64,000 nucleotides of DNA from Atractiella rhizophila (lineage: Eukaryota), in assembly GCA_021432655.1 (NCBI GenBank), contig MU271360.1, forward strand, positions 1-64,000. The letters run 5' to 3'. Each line of letters starts with the position of its first letter. The stretch's first letter is position 1. The translations under genes were made by a program, and so were the position numbers. The notes below the pieces were generated by a model. That model saw only the letters and a program-made list of their open reading frames with translations, was not told the DNA's origin and did not search any database. Below, piece by piece: positions 50,058-62,729 of the stretch.

Positions 50058-51125
50058 AAGGTAATGTTTTCCTTCCCAATCATGGGACTACTTGCTGACG
50101 TCAAGCGGCAAGGCTTCAGAGGCTCCGTAGACAGGGGAATAAGTGCACTAATGAACCTCTCCATACCTATTTTGGCTTGCCCTTGCCTTGGGTCTTTAGT
50201 ATTGCTTCTACGATGGCGGCCTAGTCACAGGGCGTCCTCAAAACCTCTCCTACTCACGAAAAATGTGTTCCACTGCAACGTCTTCTCTCCTCTCTCAATG
50301 GTATCCTGCATTCGAGTTAGCCTTCTGATCCAAACTTCAATTTCGTTTTATAAGTTCTTATCACGCATCCTGCTTTTTTGGTGACGGATCAGTGATTATG
50401 TTCAGGATTGTTGTACTGTAATACGCGTCATGATGAAATGCCAGTACACGCCAGTGCTCATGAATATTCTAGGACCAGACTAGTAATTTTCTTCTCGCCT
50501 GACTTCAAATGGGCGAACTCGTTTTGTTCAAGTAACTACCACGTCCTTCCCTTTCTGGTTTACAATCATCGTTTTGTTGGCACGGGACGTTTGAAATAAG
50601 GGAACCGTCAGATCATAGTGCATCACAAGATCTACGGCGAACAAGTACCACAAAGCAACCGATAAATGCATCAGAGGGAACGGACTCTGATGCTTCTTTC
50701 ATTTCTTCTCACTTATGCAGCACTGAATCCCGAGACGTCAATACCACTACTCGCGGCCAATCAACTAATCACTCACTGCTTGTTTCGCGTCACAACCAAG
50801 ACAGTTTTAATGCCAGCAGGGTTCGCCAACCTCCTGGTTTAACGATTGGAAGAAGAGTATTTTTTGGATTGGGGACGATGATGCACCTTCCCGAGCTTGT
50901 AACTTACCTGACCCCTTGAACCCCATTATCATTATTTATCCTCGCGATCTGGAGCCTAAGGAAGAAAACTAGTCCCTTTAACGCTGCTGAGGGTTGAGCT
51001 GACCGGGAGGAGTCAATCGAGCGGACGACGGTATTGGGTGCGAGGAAGTCACAGCATTTCAACCAGAGGATGGTCTTATGAGGACCGAAGTCAGATTGGA
51101 AACTTGCCATAGACGGTGTCAACAT

Positions 51126-52770
51126 TCTGAAGGAATTTATGATCTGTCAGCAGCGTTCGCCGGTGTCGCGAAGTTCTCAAAAGCAGCTGAGAGATAGAAG
51201 TATCCTTCGTGAAACTGATGTCCGACTGTTTCGCAAACCCAAGAATAAGTAAATATCCGGCTTTGGACAGACACAAAAGGAAGAGGGACAACACGCGCGA
51301 ATAACTCCTATCCACCCATTTCCACATTAGGTACGCCAACAGGTCCAGTCGTCCCTGTACAAGTGGCCGTGGCATCGACCACGACGTCAGTAGGAAGGCG
51401 GCGACCCAAAGCGCTGAAGATTTGATGGACAGAGAATGAGGGTGGAAAAGAAAAGAATGAAGACTCAGCCAACAGGGATAGCGGGCTTGGTTTTTACACC
51501 GTTGATAAGACACGTTTCTATTCTCAGATGCGACACGCAGAGCCATACAGAGCGGAACTTCCAGAGATTAGGATTCTCTCTACCATCATCACTCAAGTTG
51601 TAAGCTTTGGTGTGCTATAATGTGTCAGAGTAGAAATAACGGCTCACTAGGTTTGCCAGTGAGCACTTCCTGACTCGCCGTCAAGGTTCGATCATGCTTG
51701 TTGACAATCAATGTGATAGATAAATGAACGCTTGAGCTTGAACTCATGACAGATAGTATCCGTTTGATAACCGTCGTGTTTGGACTGTTGAGTGTAAATG
51801 GAAGATTAAGGGCAAATGGGAGAAAAGATTGTACGTCTTCTCCAATCTTCCCAACACAAGTTCATGGGCGAGGAAGTCAGCCCGTCCGCTACCTGTGTGC
51901 ATGCAAATGGCCGAGATTTGTTTGCCACCCGTCAGCCAGCATCTGAAGGAATTTATGATCTGTCAGCAGCGTTCGCCGGTGTCGCGAAGTTCTCAAAAGC
52001 AGCTGAGAGATAGAAGTATCCTTCGTGAAACTGATGTCCGACTGTTTCGCAAACCCAAGAATAAGTAAATATCCGGCTTTGGACAGACACAAAAGGAAGA
52101 GGGACAACACGCAAGAATAACTCCTATCCACCCTTTTCCACATTAGGTACGCCAACAGGTCCAGTCGTCCCAGTACAAGTGGCCGTGGCATCGACCACGA
52201 CGTCAGTAGGAACGCGGCGACCCAAAGCGCTGAAGATTTGATGGACAGAGAATGAGGGTGGAAAAGAAATGAAGGAAGACTCAGCCAACAGGGAACCCTT
52301 CAAAGAGATAGCGGGCTTGGTTTTTACACCGTTGATAAGACACGTTTCTATTCTCAGATGCGACACGCAGAGCCATGCAGAGCGGAACTTCCAGAGATTA
52401 GGATTCTCTCTACCATCATCACTCAAGTTGTAAGCTTTGGTGTGCTATAATGTGTCAGAGTAGAAATAACAGCTCACTAGGTTTGCCAGTGAGCACTTCC
52501 TGACTCGCCGTCAAGGTTCGATCATGCTTGTTGACAATCAATGTGATAGATAAATGAACGCTTGAGCTTGAACTCATGACAGATAGTATCCGTTTGATAA
52601 CCGTCGTGTTTGGACTGTTGAGTGTAAATGGAAGATTAAGGGCAAATGGGAGAAAAGATTGTACGTCTTCTCCAATCTTCCCAACACAAGTTCATGGGCG
52701 AGGAAGTCAGCCCGTCCGCTACCTGTGTGCATGCAAATGGCCGAGATTTGTTTGCCACCCGTCAGCCAGC
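51126..52770. repeat. ~815/829-bp tandem duplication (51126-51940 and 51942-52770), non-coding
   Basis: Near-identical copies differing by ~9 substitutions and a 14-nt insertion (ACCCTTCAAAGAGA) in copy 2. Confidence 0.97.
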
Positions 52771-54656
52771 GGATGGCGAGGTTGCATCTACTTAGCGCAA
52801 GACGTGCTTGCGAGACAGAATTTTGGCTAAGCAACGCTGCGCTGCACCATATCTCTCTGAAATAAAATGGCACATGTCGGCCGGATTCAATGCACCTGCA
52901 GAAAATGCAGACCGCGCCAATATAACATTTGCAGATTCCTTCTTGCATACTTCATTCACTGGCATAGCCAGCGACACTGGTCAAATAGTCGGATTGGAGG
53001 CGAGGCACCATCAACCAATGCAGGGCACAACATACTGAAGTCATCGAGAAACGGTGGAAAGAAGCAAAGATAGCACTTCAATCCATTGCAATGGTTTCGG
53101 TACAGAAAGGTCAAGAATATTGAAGTCTTATCAACTTGTTCAAAGTAAGTAGCTAGAGGAAAGAAACAAACATACAGCAATATAGAGATAGTCTGCGCGA
53201 GGGTCGTTCCAACACTCCTTTGTGATTTGGGTGAAGATATTACGAATCAGATTCAATGCGAGTTACCGCGGTCACTGAGGTCGTCAGCGAAGGCATTCTA
53301 AACAGAGTCACAGGATTTGGCTTGCCCAAAAAACTAGTACTGAGGGGTAACTCGAGAATGGGAGCACCTTATTGTCACGAGCAACCGAAATGGTCCATGT
53401 CGTTGATAATTAAGACTGTCCGGCTTGCAGGCACCACCATCTGGAGGTGGAGGAGGTACTAACAGTTGCATGCACTTTCACACTACCAACTACACCTAGC
53501 CCACTCACCGAATCTCAATCCTCATGAACAGCTCTTCGCTCTTTCTCTCGAGCTCGATCCAGAGGTGCAATCGCATGTTCCCAGTAATACTTTCCTCAAC
53601 AATGTCCATTCACTAGCATCACCGAGTTAACCCCATAGGTATGGTGTTATGAAGACTGTTAAGGCGATTGAGCAGCCATTTGTGCTGGGAGCAGGGCAGG
53701 GAGTAGGGTGGTTCCACACTTTCGGTACCGCTTGCAACCAACTGCTCACTGCTGCATCAGGCTGCATCAAACTACTTCAACACTGGCGCCTTCAAGCCTT
53801 TTTCAAGCCAGCTTTCAAGCTGACCTGCTTTTACTTTCATCGTGACTTGTGAGGTGTGCAGCAGAAACGGTTTCGGAAGAGTTGTCCATGAGTTCAAGTC
53901 TGAGTATCATGAGGTCTCTGTGCTTTGTTTGCGTTTACAGCTGTCACCCCCATGTCCGTTTCTTGACGACTGATCCCAGTTTCCTGCGATGATATACCAT
54001 ACCAGGATATACGCAAGAAAGCCCCTCCGGTCTTAGTCATACCTCCACTGCTTTCTTCCATATTGGAATATTAATATTGTGACGTTGTCAATGATGATTA
54101 ATGAAGAATATTCACAAAGCTTCACACTCTTAAGGAATCAGTAATATTTACTCCCGTTATGTGTTGATAATCTTGACTAACACCAATTCTTACAATGTGA
54201 CGTACAGGAGTGTTCATTTTATTTGTCGGACTGTCCTCCCATGATGATCATGAGGGCACAAACCCGCGGCAAAGAAACGTCCTACTTGCTACTTGACGAC
54301 GTTGATGCTCATTCTGGGCTAAGAAAAGATTGAAACCGTCTTGTCTTAGACTGTCTCTGGCTACGCAGATTCCGCACAAACAAAGCCAGTTTGTACCAGT
54401 GAGCTGTTTGCAGACCGAAGGGGTTGAGAGTTCGCCGATAGCGCCAGCAGGAACTCCGTTTTCCAAAAAGATTTTCGACGCCATTTGCCGGCCTCCATTG
54501 AAGCTTCAGCGTGACAGTGAACGAACAGGTGCGATGCTCCCATCGAAACCGGGAAGGTTTCTTGGTCCTGAACCAAGGGTCGTGCTTTGATGTTCCTCCT
54601 CAAAAGTCGATATCTTGATGTCGACAGAACCCCAAACAGCCCAAGCAGTCCAAATT

Positions 54657-56487
54657 ATGTCGTTCTTTCTTTCGCTCTTTGCCCTCTTTCCGTTGTTTGT
54701 CAAATCGCTCAATATTCCTAATTACCCTAATATATGGATCGATCCTGTTTACGTTCTTTCGAGAAACTGGCCTAATTCGACACGGTATGCCCAGCAGAAC
54801 ATCGTGGCATATGCGGATGAAGTGGCGCAGAAAGGACCTTGGAGTAGGCTCCTTCAAATTTCCCGTTCCCTCTCATGATGAAGCAAAACCAGGCGTAATA
54901 TGGAAAAACGCTGGCTCTCCATCAGGCGATAAGCACGACTATGTCTCCCTTGCGCCGTAGTAAGTATTGTCTATGAATTCAGAAGCTGCTGAATGGCTGA
55001 TTCATATAAGTTGGTGGCCAGACTGTTCCAAAGCTAAAAATACCACAGTACTCTCACAGGCTGAGATTGAAGCTAAATGTGTATACAGACAGCGTGATGG
55101 AAAGTTTAACCCAGGTGAGAGCAAATAGCATCTATCAAATGGAAATAGATCTGACGAAGCGATTAGATACGCGGGAAGAAATTGACGGTCCTTCAGACTT
55201 TGGACTTTTCACCAATGCTGTGTTGTATAATACGTTGGCTTGGATCATCGAGGACAAAAATTTGCCAGGATCCGGAGACAAATACGCTACGCGAGCAGTG
55301 GAATGGCTCAAAATATGGTTCCTTGAGGAGGAGACACGGATGAATCCTCACCTCAACTATGCACAGGTGTGCCGCCCGAAGTTGTGAATTATGTCCTTAA
55401 CAATGATTTAGCTTATTCGTGGCCTTGGCCGCAACGTTGGAGCTCATATTGGAGTCCTGTGAGCGTTATGTCTCTTCATAAAAGAGATACTCATAAATCT
55501 GGTCACAGCGACTTCAAAAGCATGCCCAAACTCGTCTCTGCTGTTCTCATCTTACGGCAAGGCCGGAGTGCTGCACTCACGTCTGACATCGATCGCGGGT
55601 TAATTGCCTGGTTCGATGATTTCGTTGTTTGGCTCAAAACGAGCGATGTTGCGAAAGATGAACGCAGATCCATGAAGTGCGTCTTTACAGGTTGACAACA
55701 AATCCCCATACTAAACTCCTTGTGTAGTAACCATGGCACCTTCTATTACAACAACATTGTCTCTTCCCAAATCCTGACTGGCAACTATTCTGGAGCAAGA
55801 CAAACACTCGATCGGTTCTTCAGTCTCCAATTCCCAGGCATGATTGATGTGAACGGAGAGCAGCCTAGAGAAGCCATACGAACCCGCCCTTTCCATTACC
55901 GTGCTTTCAATTTGCAAGCAATGGTACACAACATCAAACTCGCCGCCTTTCTTGCCCCTTCAGACAGCCCATCGCCCTGGCTTCGTACAACTGACGGTGG
56001 TGCAAATATCCAGACCGCCGTCGACTTCGCAATGATGGTCGATGCTGGGAACGAACGAATCCAGGAACTGTCGCCAAGCGTCGCAACAGTGGCCGTCGCC
56101 TATGGCGATCCAGATAGGAAATATGCTCAATGGCTCAAAGTCAACGACCCAATTTACCCAGTCAAGCCAGCGTTCTTCTGGGAACAACCCTTTACAGATG
56201 GAGGTTTCGATTTCGAACAATGGGCGAGGGATGAGGAAGATCTTCAGCGAAATGCGATGAGCAAGAAAGAAAAACTTCTCCAGATTCTACCTGATCATTT
56301 GCGACTCGTCGTCGGATCGACTTCGTTTCTCCTCACTGCTTTTCTATTCTGGGTCGTTCTTTTATTGGCATGCCATCGGCGTTTAAGATCCCTGGCAATC
56401 ACATCCGCTGCTACTAAGATCAATCAAATACGGCTCAATACCCCCTTTCCCTCTCCATCCGCATTTAAAGGATCTTTTCCCACTTAA
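54657..56487 (+). CDS. Secreted or membrane-anchored polysaccharide lyase with alginate-lyase (chondroitin AC/alginate lyase fold, PF05426-type) domain; fungal members are generally PL38
   Basis: Signal peptide MSFFLSLFALFPLFVKS; PSGDKHDYVSLAP/.WWPDC, WFL..ETRMNPHLNYAQ, NHGTFY, GEQPREAIRTRPFHYRAFNLQA; C-terminal hydrophobic segment. Confidence 0.88.
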
Positions 56488-56564
56488 AATGTCAGTGTGC
56501 TAAAATGTCAGTGTGCTAAAATGTCAGTGTGCTAAAATGTCAGTGTGCTAAAATGTCAGTGTGC
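56485..56564. repeat. Perfect minisatellite (TAAAATGTCAGTGTGC)5
   Basis: Five identical 16-mers; the first starts at the lyase stop codon. Confidence 0.98.
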
Positions 56565-56788
56565 TTGTGAGTTCCTCATCTTCTGCTGGTTGGCTTGTTC
56601 AAGAGCTGTGTCATAGGCATTGAAACAACATTGAAAACGGACTATTTACACCATGCTACTTATCTGACTTAAAATGGGACTTCCAGATTCCCTAAAACGG
56701 ACTATGAGAGTGTTGAAAGGTGTTTGAGAGGTGTTTATGTTGTATTCACAGTGGCGCATCTAGTGCAGAAAGCCAATTCTCGTATTGT

Positions 56789-58017
56789 CTATCGCCCAAT
56801 GATATCATTCTCTAATGCACTGCAGCAAACGAGAGCTACTGACAGCTGGTCCTTTTCGCTTAATATCCGACGGTCCACGAGTCGTTGTATTATTGCATGG
56901 GTGTTCCTGATTTGCGGCCTTCCATCATCGATGTCACTTTTATTCGCTGGCCAGTCATGTTTACAGGCCTCATCACCAGACAAGGAGTGGACCGATGCAC
57001 CGCACATTGGACCAATGTCGAACAAAGGGAGGGATTCAGTCCAGCGAATCAATCCCCTCTCCAATCGCTCCTGCATCGAAATAGTTTCCACAGACGAAAG
57101 TGCCACTGCGAAAGCGGAATTAGCCGTCGTAATTCCCATCGGGACCATGTTGCTGTCCTTGATACTTCCGGTACTGTCCTCACTCCGTCGCTTGAAGCCG
57201 TACCGTTGAGGGGAGCGGTCTCCTCGTTTCAAAACCGGATCGTCTGCTGTTCCAAGAGCGAGTTTAAACTTAGAGAGACAAAGATAATTAGAGATTTACC
57301 CTGCAGTTTGACAATCCAACCTTGGATCCGCCCAATCCACCTGTCTCTGACATTTCGGAGCTGTGAAGCGAATTTCTGGGTCAGCTCCTCATCGCGAATA
57401 TCCAAGACCTCCAAGCCCGCGAGCCGTGTCTCCAAGCTTGTCAGATTATGAGTGGGCAAGGTCGAGGCGGCATCAAACTCCGTGGGATTCTTTGGAAGAC
57501 CTTTGACGAGATATGAAATTTCACGTCTGACCTTCCTCGCTGCTTCCACAGGGGGTAAGGCGAAAAAGTTGTGAGCTCCGCCGCCCAAATCGTTGAACGT
57601 TTCCTCAAAACGCGTCGTTGGAACTGTTTGCGCGTTTCGAGTGTCGATGCCCAAAGAAGGAACAGTAAAGCTGTTGTGTGACGAAATAGGCGACGGAATT
57701 TGAGGGTCCACGTCTTCAGAGGAAAAATCAAAAGGTATTATGCGATGTGGTGGCGGATCGGTACGAGTGCTTGCACGGAAAAATCTGTCAGGAACCAGCT
57801 GGTGCGAGCCGTTCACGGGCGGGTGGTAGGCGTGTTCATGCTGCCCAAAACTGTGGTGGGCTTTTACTGAAGCATCATCCCAAGAGCTATTGGAAGGGTT
57901 GAGGGGATACCGGTCGGACTCAGGCTGCAGTTGCTGCGATCGCTGAGATGAAGATACCTGGATTGCTCCAGGTGACCGATGGCGATGGGAGTCGGACCTT
58001 TTGCCTGCAAGATCCAC
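56789..58017 (-). CDS. Hypothetical protein, at least 2 exons; 5' end unresolved (may extend to ~58500)
   Basis: ORFs 57229-58017 and 56789-57232 can be joined by a GT-AG intron near 57244-57300. A further acceptor/donor pair lies at ~58018-58059. Confidence 0.45.
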
Positions 58018-59547
58018 CTACCATGTGAACAAATCCTACTTGTTTTGGCAACTACATACCTGCTGTTGTGCCAAAAGTTCCGTGATTAAAGTTGACAGGA
58101 GACGATGAATGTTGCGGGTATGTCAGTTTAGGTACTTCCATAATCCGTCTCGACGTGGACGGTTTGCGCAACTCGTGACGCGATTCTGCGTGCTGGCGAT
58201 GGCTGAAATGAGGAGAATAATGTATTGGGCAGGCGTAAGATGAACTACAAGTGCAAATCCCCATGTTTGGCAATCGGGGAATGCTCCGAAACGAAACGTG
58301 TGGGAAGGTCCGAAGATCGATGAAAGAAAGTCGTTCTCGCTGGCTACATCCGCTTTTTGATATGGTACACTGACAGGCAGGCAGAGTCGAGCTGAATCGA
58401 GGCTCGTCTCGTTCAACTTGTTCTGGGGTTTATGGATGTTTGGTTGAGCGGGGACCGTGCGGACAAACAAAGGGAAGTTTTCGCATTGACGTGAGCTTGA
58501 ATTATCGATGGATTCCAACACGTGACTATAAACAAAACCTCAAGCACAACAACATTGTCTATCGCTAATCATGGACAAATAATAGCGGGAACAAGGTGAT
58601 TCTCGATACTCGCAGCGACTGGAAATACTGCAAACGAAATGAACCTCTCATTCCTTCCACCCTCTCATATGAAGAGCGATCTCTTTATACTATTCTGCTT
58701 GATTCTTCACACATGCTTTCGTATTCCAAACATTTATATAAGAATCGATTCAAATACATATCTGGAGGAGAAAGCACTAGATAAAGAAGTAGATTTGATG
58801 GGGCTTGCGACGAAAGGTGAAACTCCTCTGCTCTTCTATGGGAGCTCATAACAGTTTCATCGCGTTGTTTACATCTGATCCCGAAAAACAGATGTCGCAG
58901 AAGGAAATCGCGTTTCTCGACACCACCGTCTATCAAAGCTATCAAGTTTCGCCAAATGTGAAAGGGTTCCTCCAAAGAATCTCCCCACACCTCACTGCAA
59001 TCAAATCGCAGCTGCCACATTTTACTTGGAGACACTAGCGGCAGACCTGAGAGCGAATAGGAAATGGAAAGGTGGTTACAAGAACTTGCCTCTAACATGC
59101 CAAGGGGCAACTGTATTCCGGGTTTGGTCCTTTGACCAGTTTGCTCCTTCCAGGCAAACCAAAAATTCTGTTATACAGACATACAAATGACTACTTCGTC
59201 GTGGTCATATCATTCGCTCAACTGAAGCATCCCAGCAGCAGCAGGAGGTTCAACGTTTTCAAACGTTTGACCTTTTCCTCACTTGACGTGAGCTTCTCTG
59301 TTTTCCAAGCCTTGTGGCCTGGATCACTTCAGGAAAACATGACGGTTCTCAAATCGTTCCTTCACTGCTGAGAGTGTATATTTTTCGCACCTGTTCCACT
59401 TTCTTTCAGAAGAAAAATTCCATTCCCCTTGCTCCATGCCAATCCTTCAGGTTTTACATAATCGTTTATTTTTTCCACCCATTCCTCGAGTTACAATACC
59501 GCGAAACGTTCTCTTCGGCTAGAGCAAGGCACTGAGAGTGGCGCGAA

Positions 59548-60007
59548 NNNNNNNNNNNNNNNNNNNNNNNNNNNNNNNNNNNNNNNNNNNNNNNNNNNNN
59601 NNNNNNNNNNNNNNNNNNNNNNNNNNNNNNNNNNNNNNNNNNNNNNNNNNNNNNNNNNNNNNNNNNNNNNNNNNNNNNNNNNNNNNNNNNNNNNNNNNNN
59701 NNNNNNNNNNNNNNNNNNNNNNNNNNNNNNNNNNNNNNNNNNNNNNNNNNNNNNNNNNNNNNNNNNNNNNNNNNNNNNNNNNNNNNNNNNNNNNNNNNNN
59801 NNNNNNNNNNNNNNNNNNNNNNNNNNNNNNNNNNNNNNNNNNNNNNNNNNNNNNNNNNNNNNNNNNNNNNNNNNNNNNNNNNNNNNNNNNNNNNNNNNNN
59901 NNNNNNNNNNNNNNNNNNNNNNNNNNNNNNNNNNNNNNNNNNNNNNNNNNNNNNNNNNNNNNNNNNNNNNNNNNNNNNNNNNNNNNNNNNNNNNNNNNNN
60001 NNNNNNN
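59548..60007. other. Assembly gap (460 N)
   Basis: Run of N. Confidence 1.
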
Positions 60008-62626
60008 CATCGATAACACGAGGGAAGCGGTGAAGAGGAATCCGGAGGGAAGACCTCTCGCTATCGCGCTTGATACGAAGGGACCAGAGATCAGGACGGG
60101 CAACATGAAGGATGGAGCGGATGTGAGTGCTTTCACACTGTTTGTGCTGAAGAGGTTGGGGACGTATGAGTGCACTGAAGATCAATTTCACGGTTTGAAC
60201 TCTACCCGTTCATTGCGGTTCTTAGTTCAGAGAGGAGAAGCTCAATGCAGTTTCTCTTACGTCATGATTGCTACTTGCTGAAGAGATGCAGTGTGTGATC
60301 TATTCGAGATTTCGTGAACACCTAGATGAGTACCGAGAACCTTTCTGTGCCCATTTCCATTCATGCTTTGTAAACGACAAAGAAACGAGGACATTCAGGA
60401 TCTGTGCTCTTTTGGCGTCTGATGAGACAACCTGCTGGTTCTATTTGAGTGCTTTCTTCAAGGCATTTACAGCCAAGAAAGGCGATTTATCTACAGCAAC
60501 ATGTCTCCAAGATTCCTTCTGCCCCAATCGATAAATGGAATGTTCTCAGTGCCTCACTACTTCGTGGTCGCATTTCAATGAATCGACTCTTGCTAGTGAC
60601 TATCTACCATGGCCAGACCAATCACCAATCAAAATCAGCCATGGTGGAGCTCTTTTGCCTTTTGAAAGCTGCATTGCTATGATCATGAGGTTGTGGTGGA
60701 GAGCGACTGTAAATATTGGTCCGTTCTCAAGGAAGAGAAAATTCATTCGACATTTCTAGTTCTCGACACATTGTGTGCGAAGGTGCTTGACGATGGGCGG
60801 ACAAATCATGCCTCTCATCATTTACATAGTCCCATTGTCGTGAAGGGGATGTTAGTGTACGTTCTACACCTAGTTGTGGAGTAGGAAATGAGAAAAGCAG
60901 GTGTATCAATATCTGCCGGTTTAATGCAAACTCGGTGCTCGCTGGTCGCGAAGAAATCGGCACCATACAGAGGATAATATCCTGTGTGCTGCAGATGACA
61001 CTTCATCCGGTTGGAATTGCGCTAGAATTTCGGCGGCTTCGTGTCCTTTTTGCGTTTAAGGACCGCAGTTTAAGTTGTTCCTTCTTTCCGCATCGCGCAG
61101 AAAGGAAGTGACTTTTGATCTGTTTGACGACACCAAATGGGCTGTTTAACTTGGATGTACTAACATGCATTGACAGGTGAAAATATCTGCGGGCCACCGA
61201 ATGACATTTACAACCGATCCGAAAGAGAAGAACAATTGTACGGCCCAACAGCTTTACATCGACTACTCTCGCCTGCCTAAGGTCCTGTCAAAGGATTCTC
61301 TCATCTACATCGACGACGGAATCCAATCCTTCCGCGTCCTCTCCACCACCGACACCACTGTTGAAGTCGAGGCGCTTAACGACGGCGCTCTTTCATCGAA
61401 GAAAGGTGTCAATCTCCCTGGAACTGACGTTGACCTTCCCGCTCTGAGCCAGAAGGACAAAGACGATCTGAAGTTTGGAGTGCGAAATGGAGTGGACATG
61501 ATCTTTGCGTCGTTTATCCGAAGAGGGCAAGATGTAAGGGACATCAGGGAATGGCTTGGAGAAGAAGGAAAGGCTATCAAGATCATTTCAAAAATCGAAA
61601 ACCAACAGGGAATGGCCAACTTCGATGAAATCCTCAGGGAGACAGATGGTGTGATGGTTGCCAGAGGAGATCTTGGTATCGAGATTCCTGCGGCACAGGT
61701 CTTCATGGCTCAGAAGATGATGATTGCCAAGTGCAACCTTGCTGGAAAGCCATGTATCTGTGCGACACAAATGTTGGAGAGCATGACTGTACGCCTCCCT
61801 TTCTGCACACTTGGTGAGCTGACAAGTTGAACGCAGTACAACCCCCGTCCCACAAGAGCTGAGATTTCAGACGTCGCCAATGCCATCCTCGACGGCGCCG
61901 ACTGTGTCATGTTGAGCGGTGAGACGGCAAAGGGATCATACCCCATCCGTGCGGTCGAGACGTTCGTTCATGTTCCAATTTCTCGATGAGAACTGATCAT
62001 GATGAAATAGGATGGCAGAAACGTGTTATCTTGCTGAACAGACCATCGCTTACGCTCCACTCTTCAATGAAATCCGATCCCTCACCCCACGACCGACTCC
62101 TACAACCGAGACCGTAGGCATCTCAGCTGTGGCTGCTGCCCTCGAGCAAGACGCTGGTGCTATCATTGTCATGTCTACAAGTGGCAACACCAGCAGGCTC
62201 ATCTCCAAATACAGGTCAGTTTTTTGTAGACTCATTGAGAGGAGCGCAGATCACTAATGAGTATGAATATTCGTAGACCAGCGTGTCCTATCATCACTAT
62301 CACAAGGAACGCGCAGACTGCTAGGCAGATTCACCTTCACCGCGGTTGCTATCCCTTCTTCTACCCTGAACCGCGACCACAAAGAGCTGAGGACTGGCAG
62401 AAAGATGTAAGTCTTTTGTTAACATGCAAGACAGTTTTAACAAGAAGGCGACTAGGTGGACAACAGAATTCAATTTGCTATCAAGAAAGCTCTGGAGCTT
62501 AACATCCTCAAAGACGGTGTTCCTGTCATTGCTGTCCAAGGATGGAGGAGTGGAAGCAACATGACCAACACCATGAGGATCTTGACTGTGGATGCTAATG
62601 CAGTTGGACTGGTCGAAAAGTCATAA
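60008..62626 (+). CDS. PYK1: Pyruvate kinase, 5' exons lost in the gap
   Basis: [103 protein letters not shown]. Confidence 0.98.
60123..61176 (+). other. 1054-nt intron in pyruvate kinase
   Basis: Donor GAT/GTGAGT, perfect TACTAAC branch point at 61158-61164, acceptor GACAG/GTG. The join gives KDGAD-VKISAGH. Confidence 0.9.
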
Positions 62627-62729
62627 TTAGGTTGTCTGAACATAATCGCATGGAAAACAGTTGGATGACGTCTAACGAGATAATTTTGTTACATTCTTTG
62701 TTTCAAGTTTCAAGTTCGTGCAATAGACT

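Noticed and set aside
42863..52770. The two long direct-repeat pairs as LTRs of retrotransposons
   Set aside because: Copies are directly adjacent, with no gag/pol remnants, TG...CA termini, PBS or target-site duplication seen.
56485..56564. CRISPR-like array
   Set aside because: The units abut with no spacers, the context is eukaryotic, and there are no cas genes.
59466..60281. Long ORFs in the ORF track spanning 59.5-60.3 kb
   Set aside because: Artefacts of translating through the N gap.
62600..62640. Cryptic peroxisomal isoform of pyruvate kinase by readthrough
   Set aside because: The stop is TAA, not the TGA-CTA readthrough context, and I saw no PTS1 in the extension.
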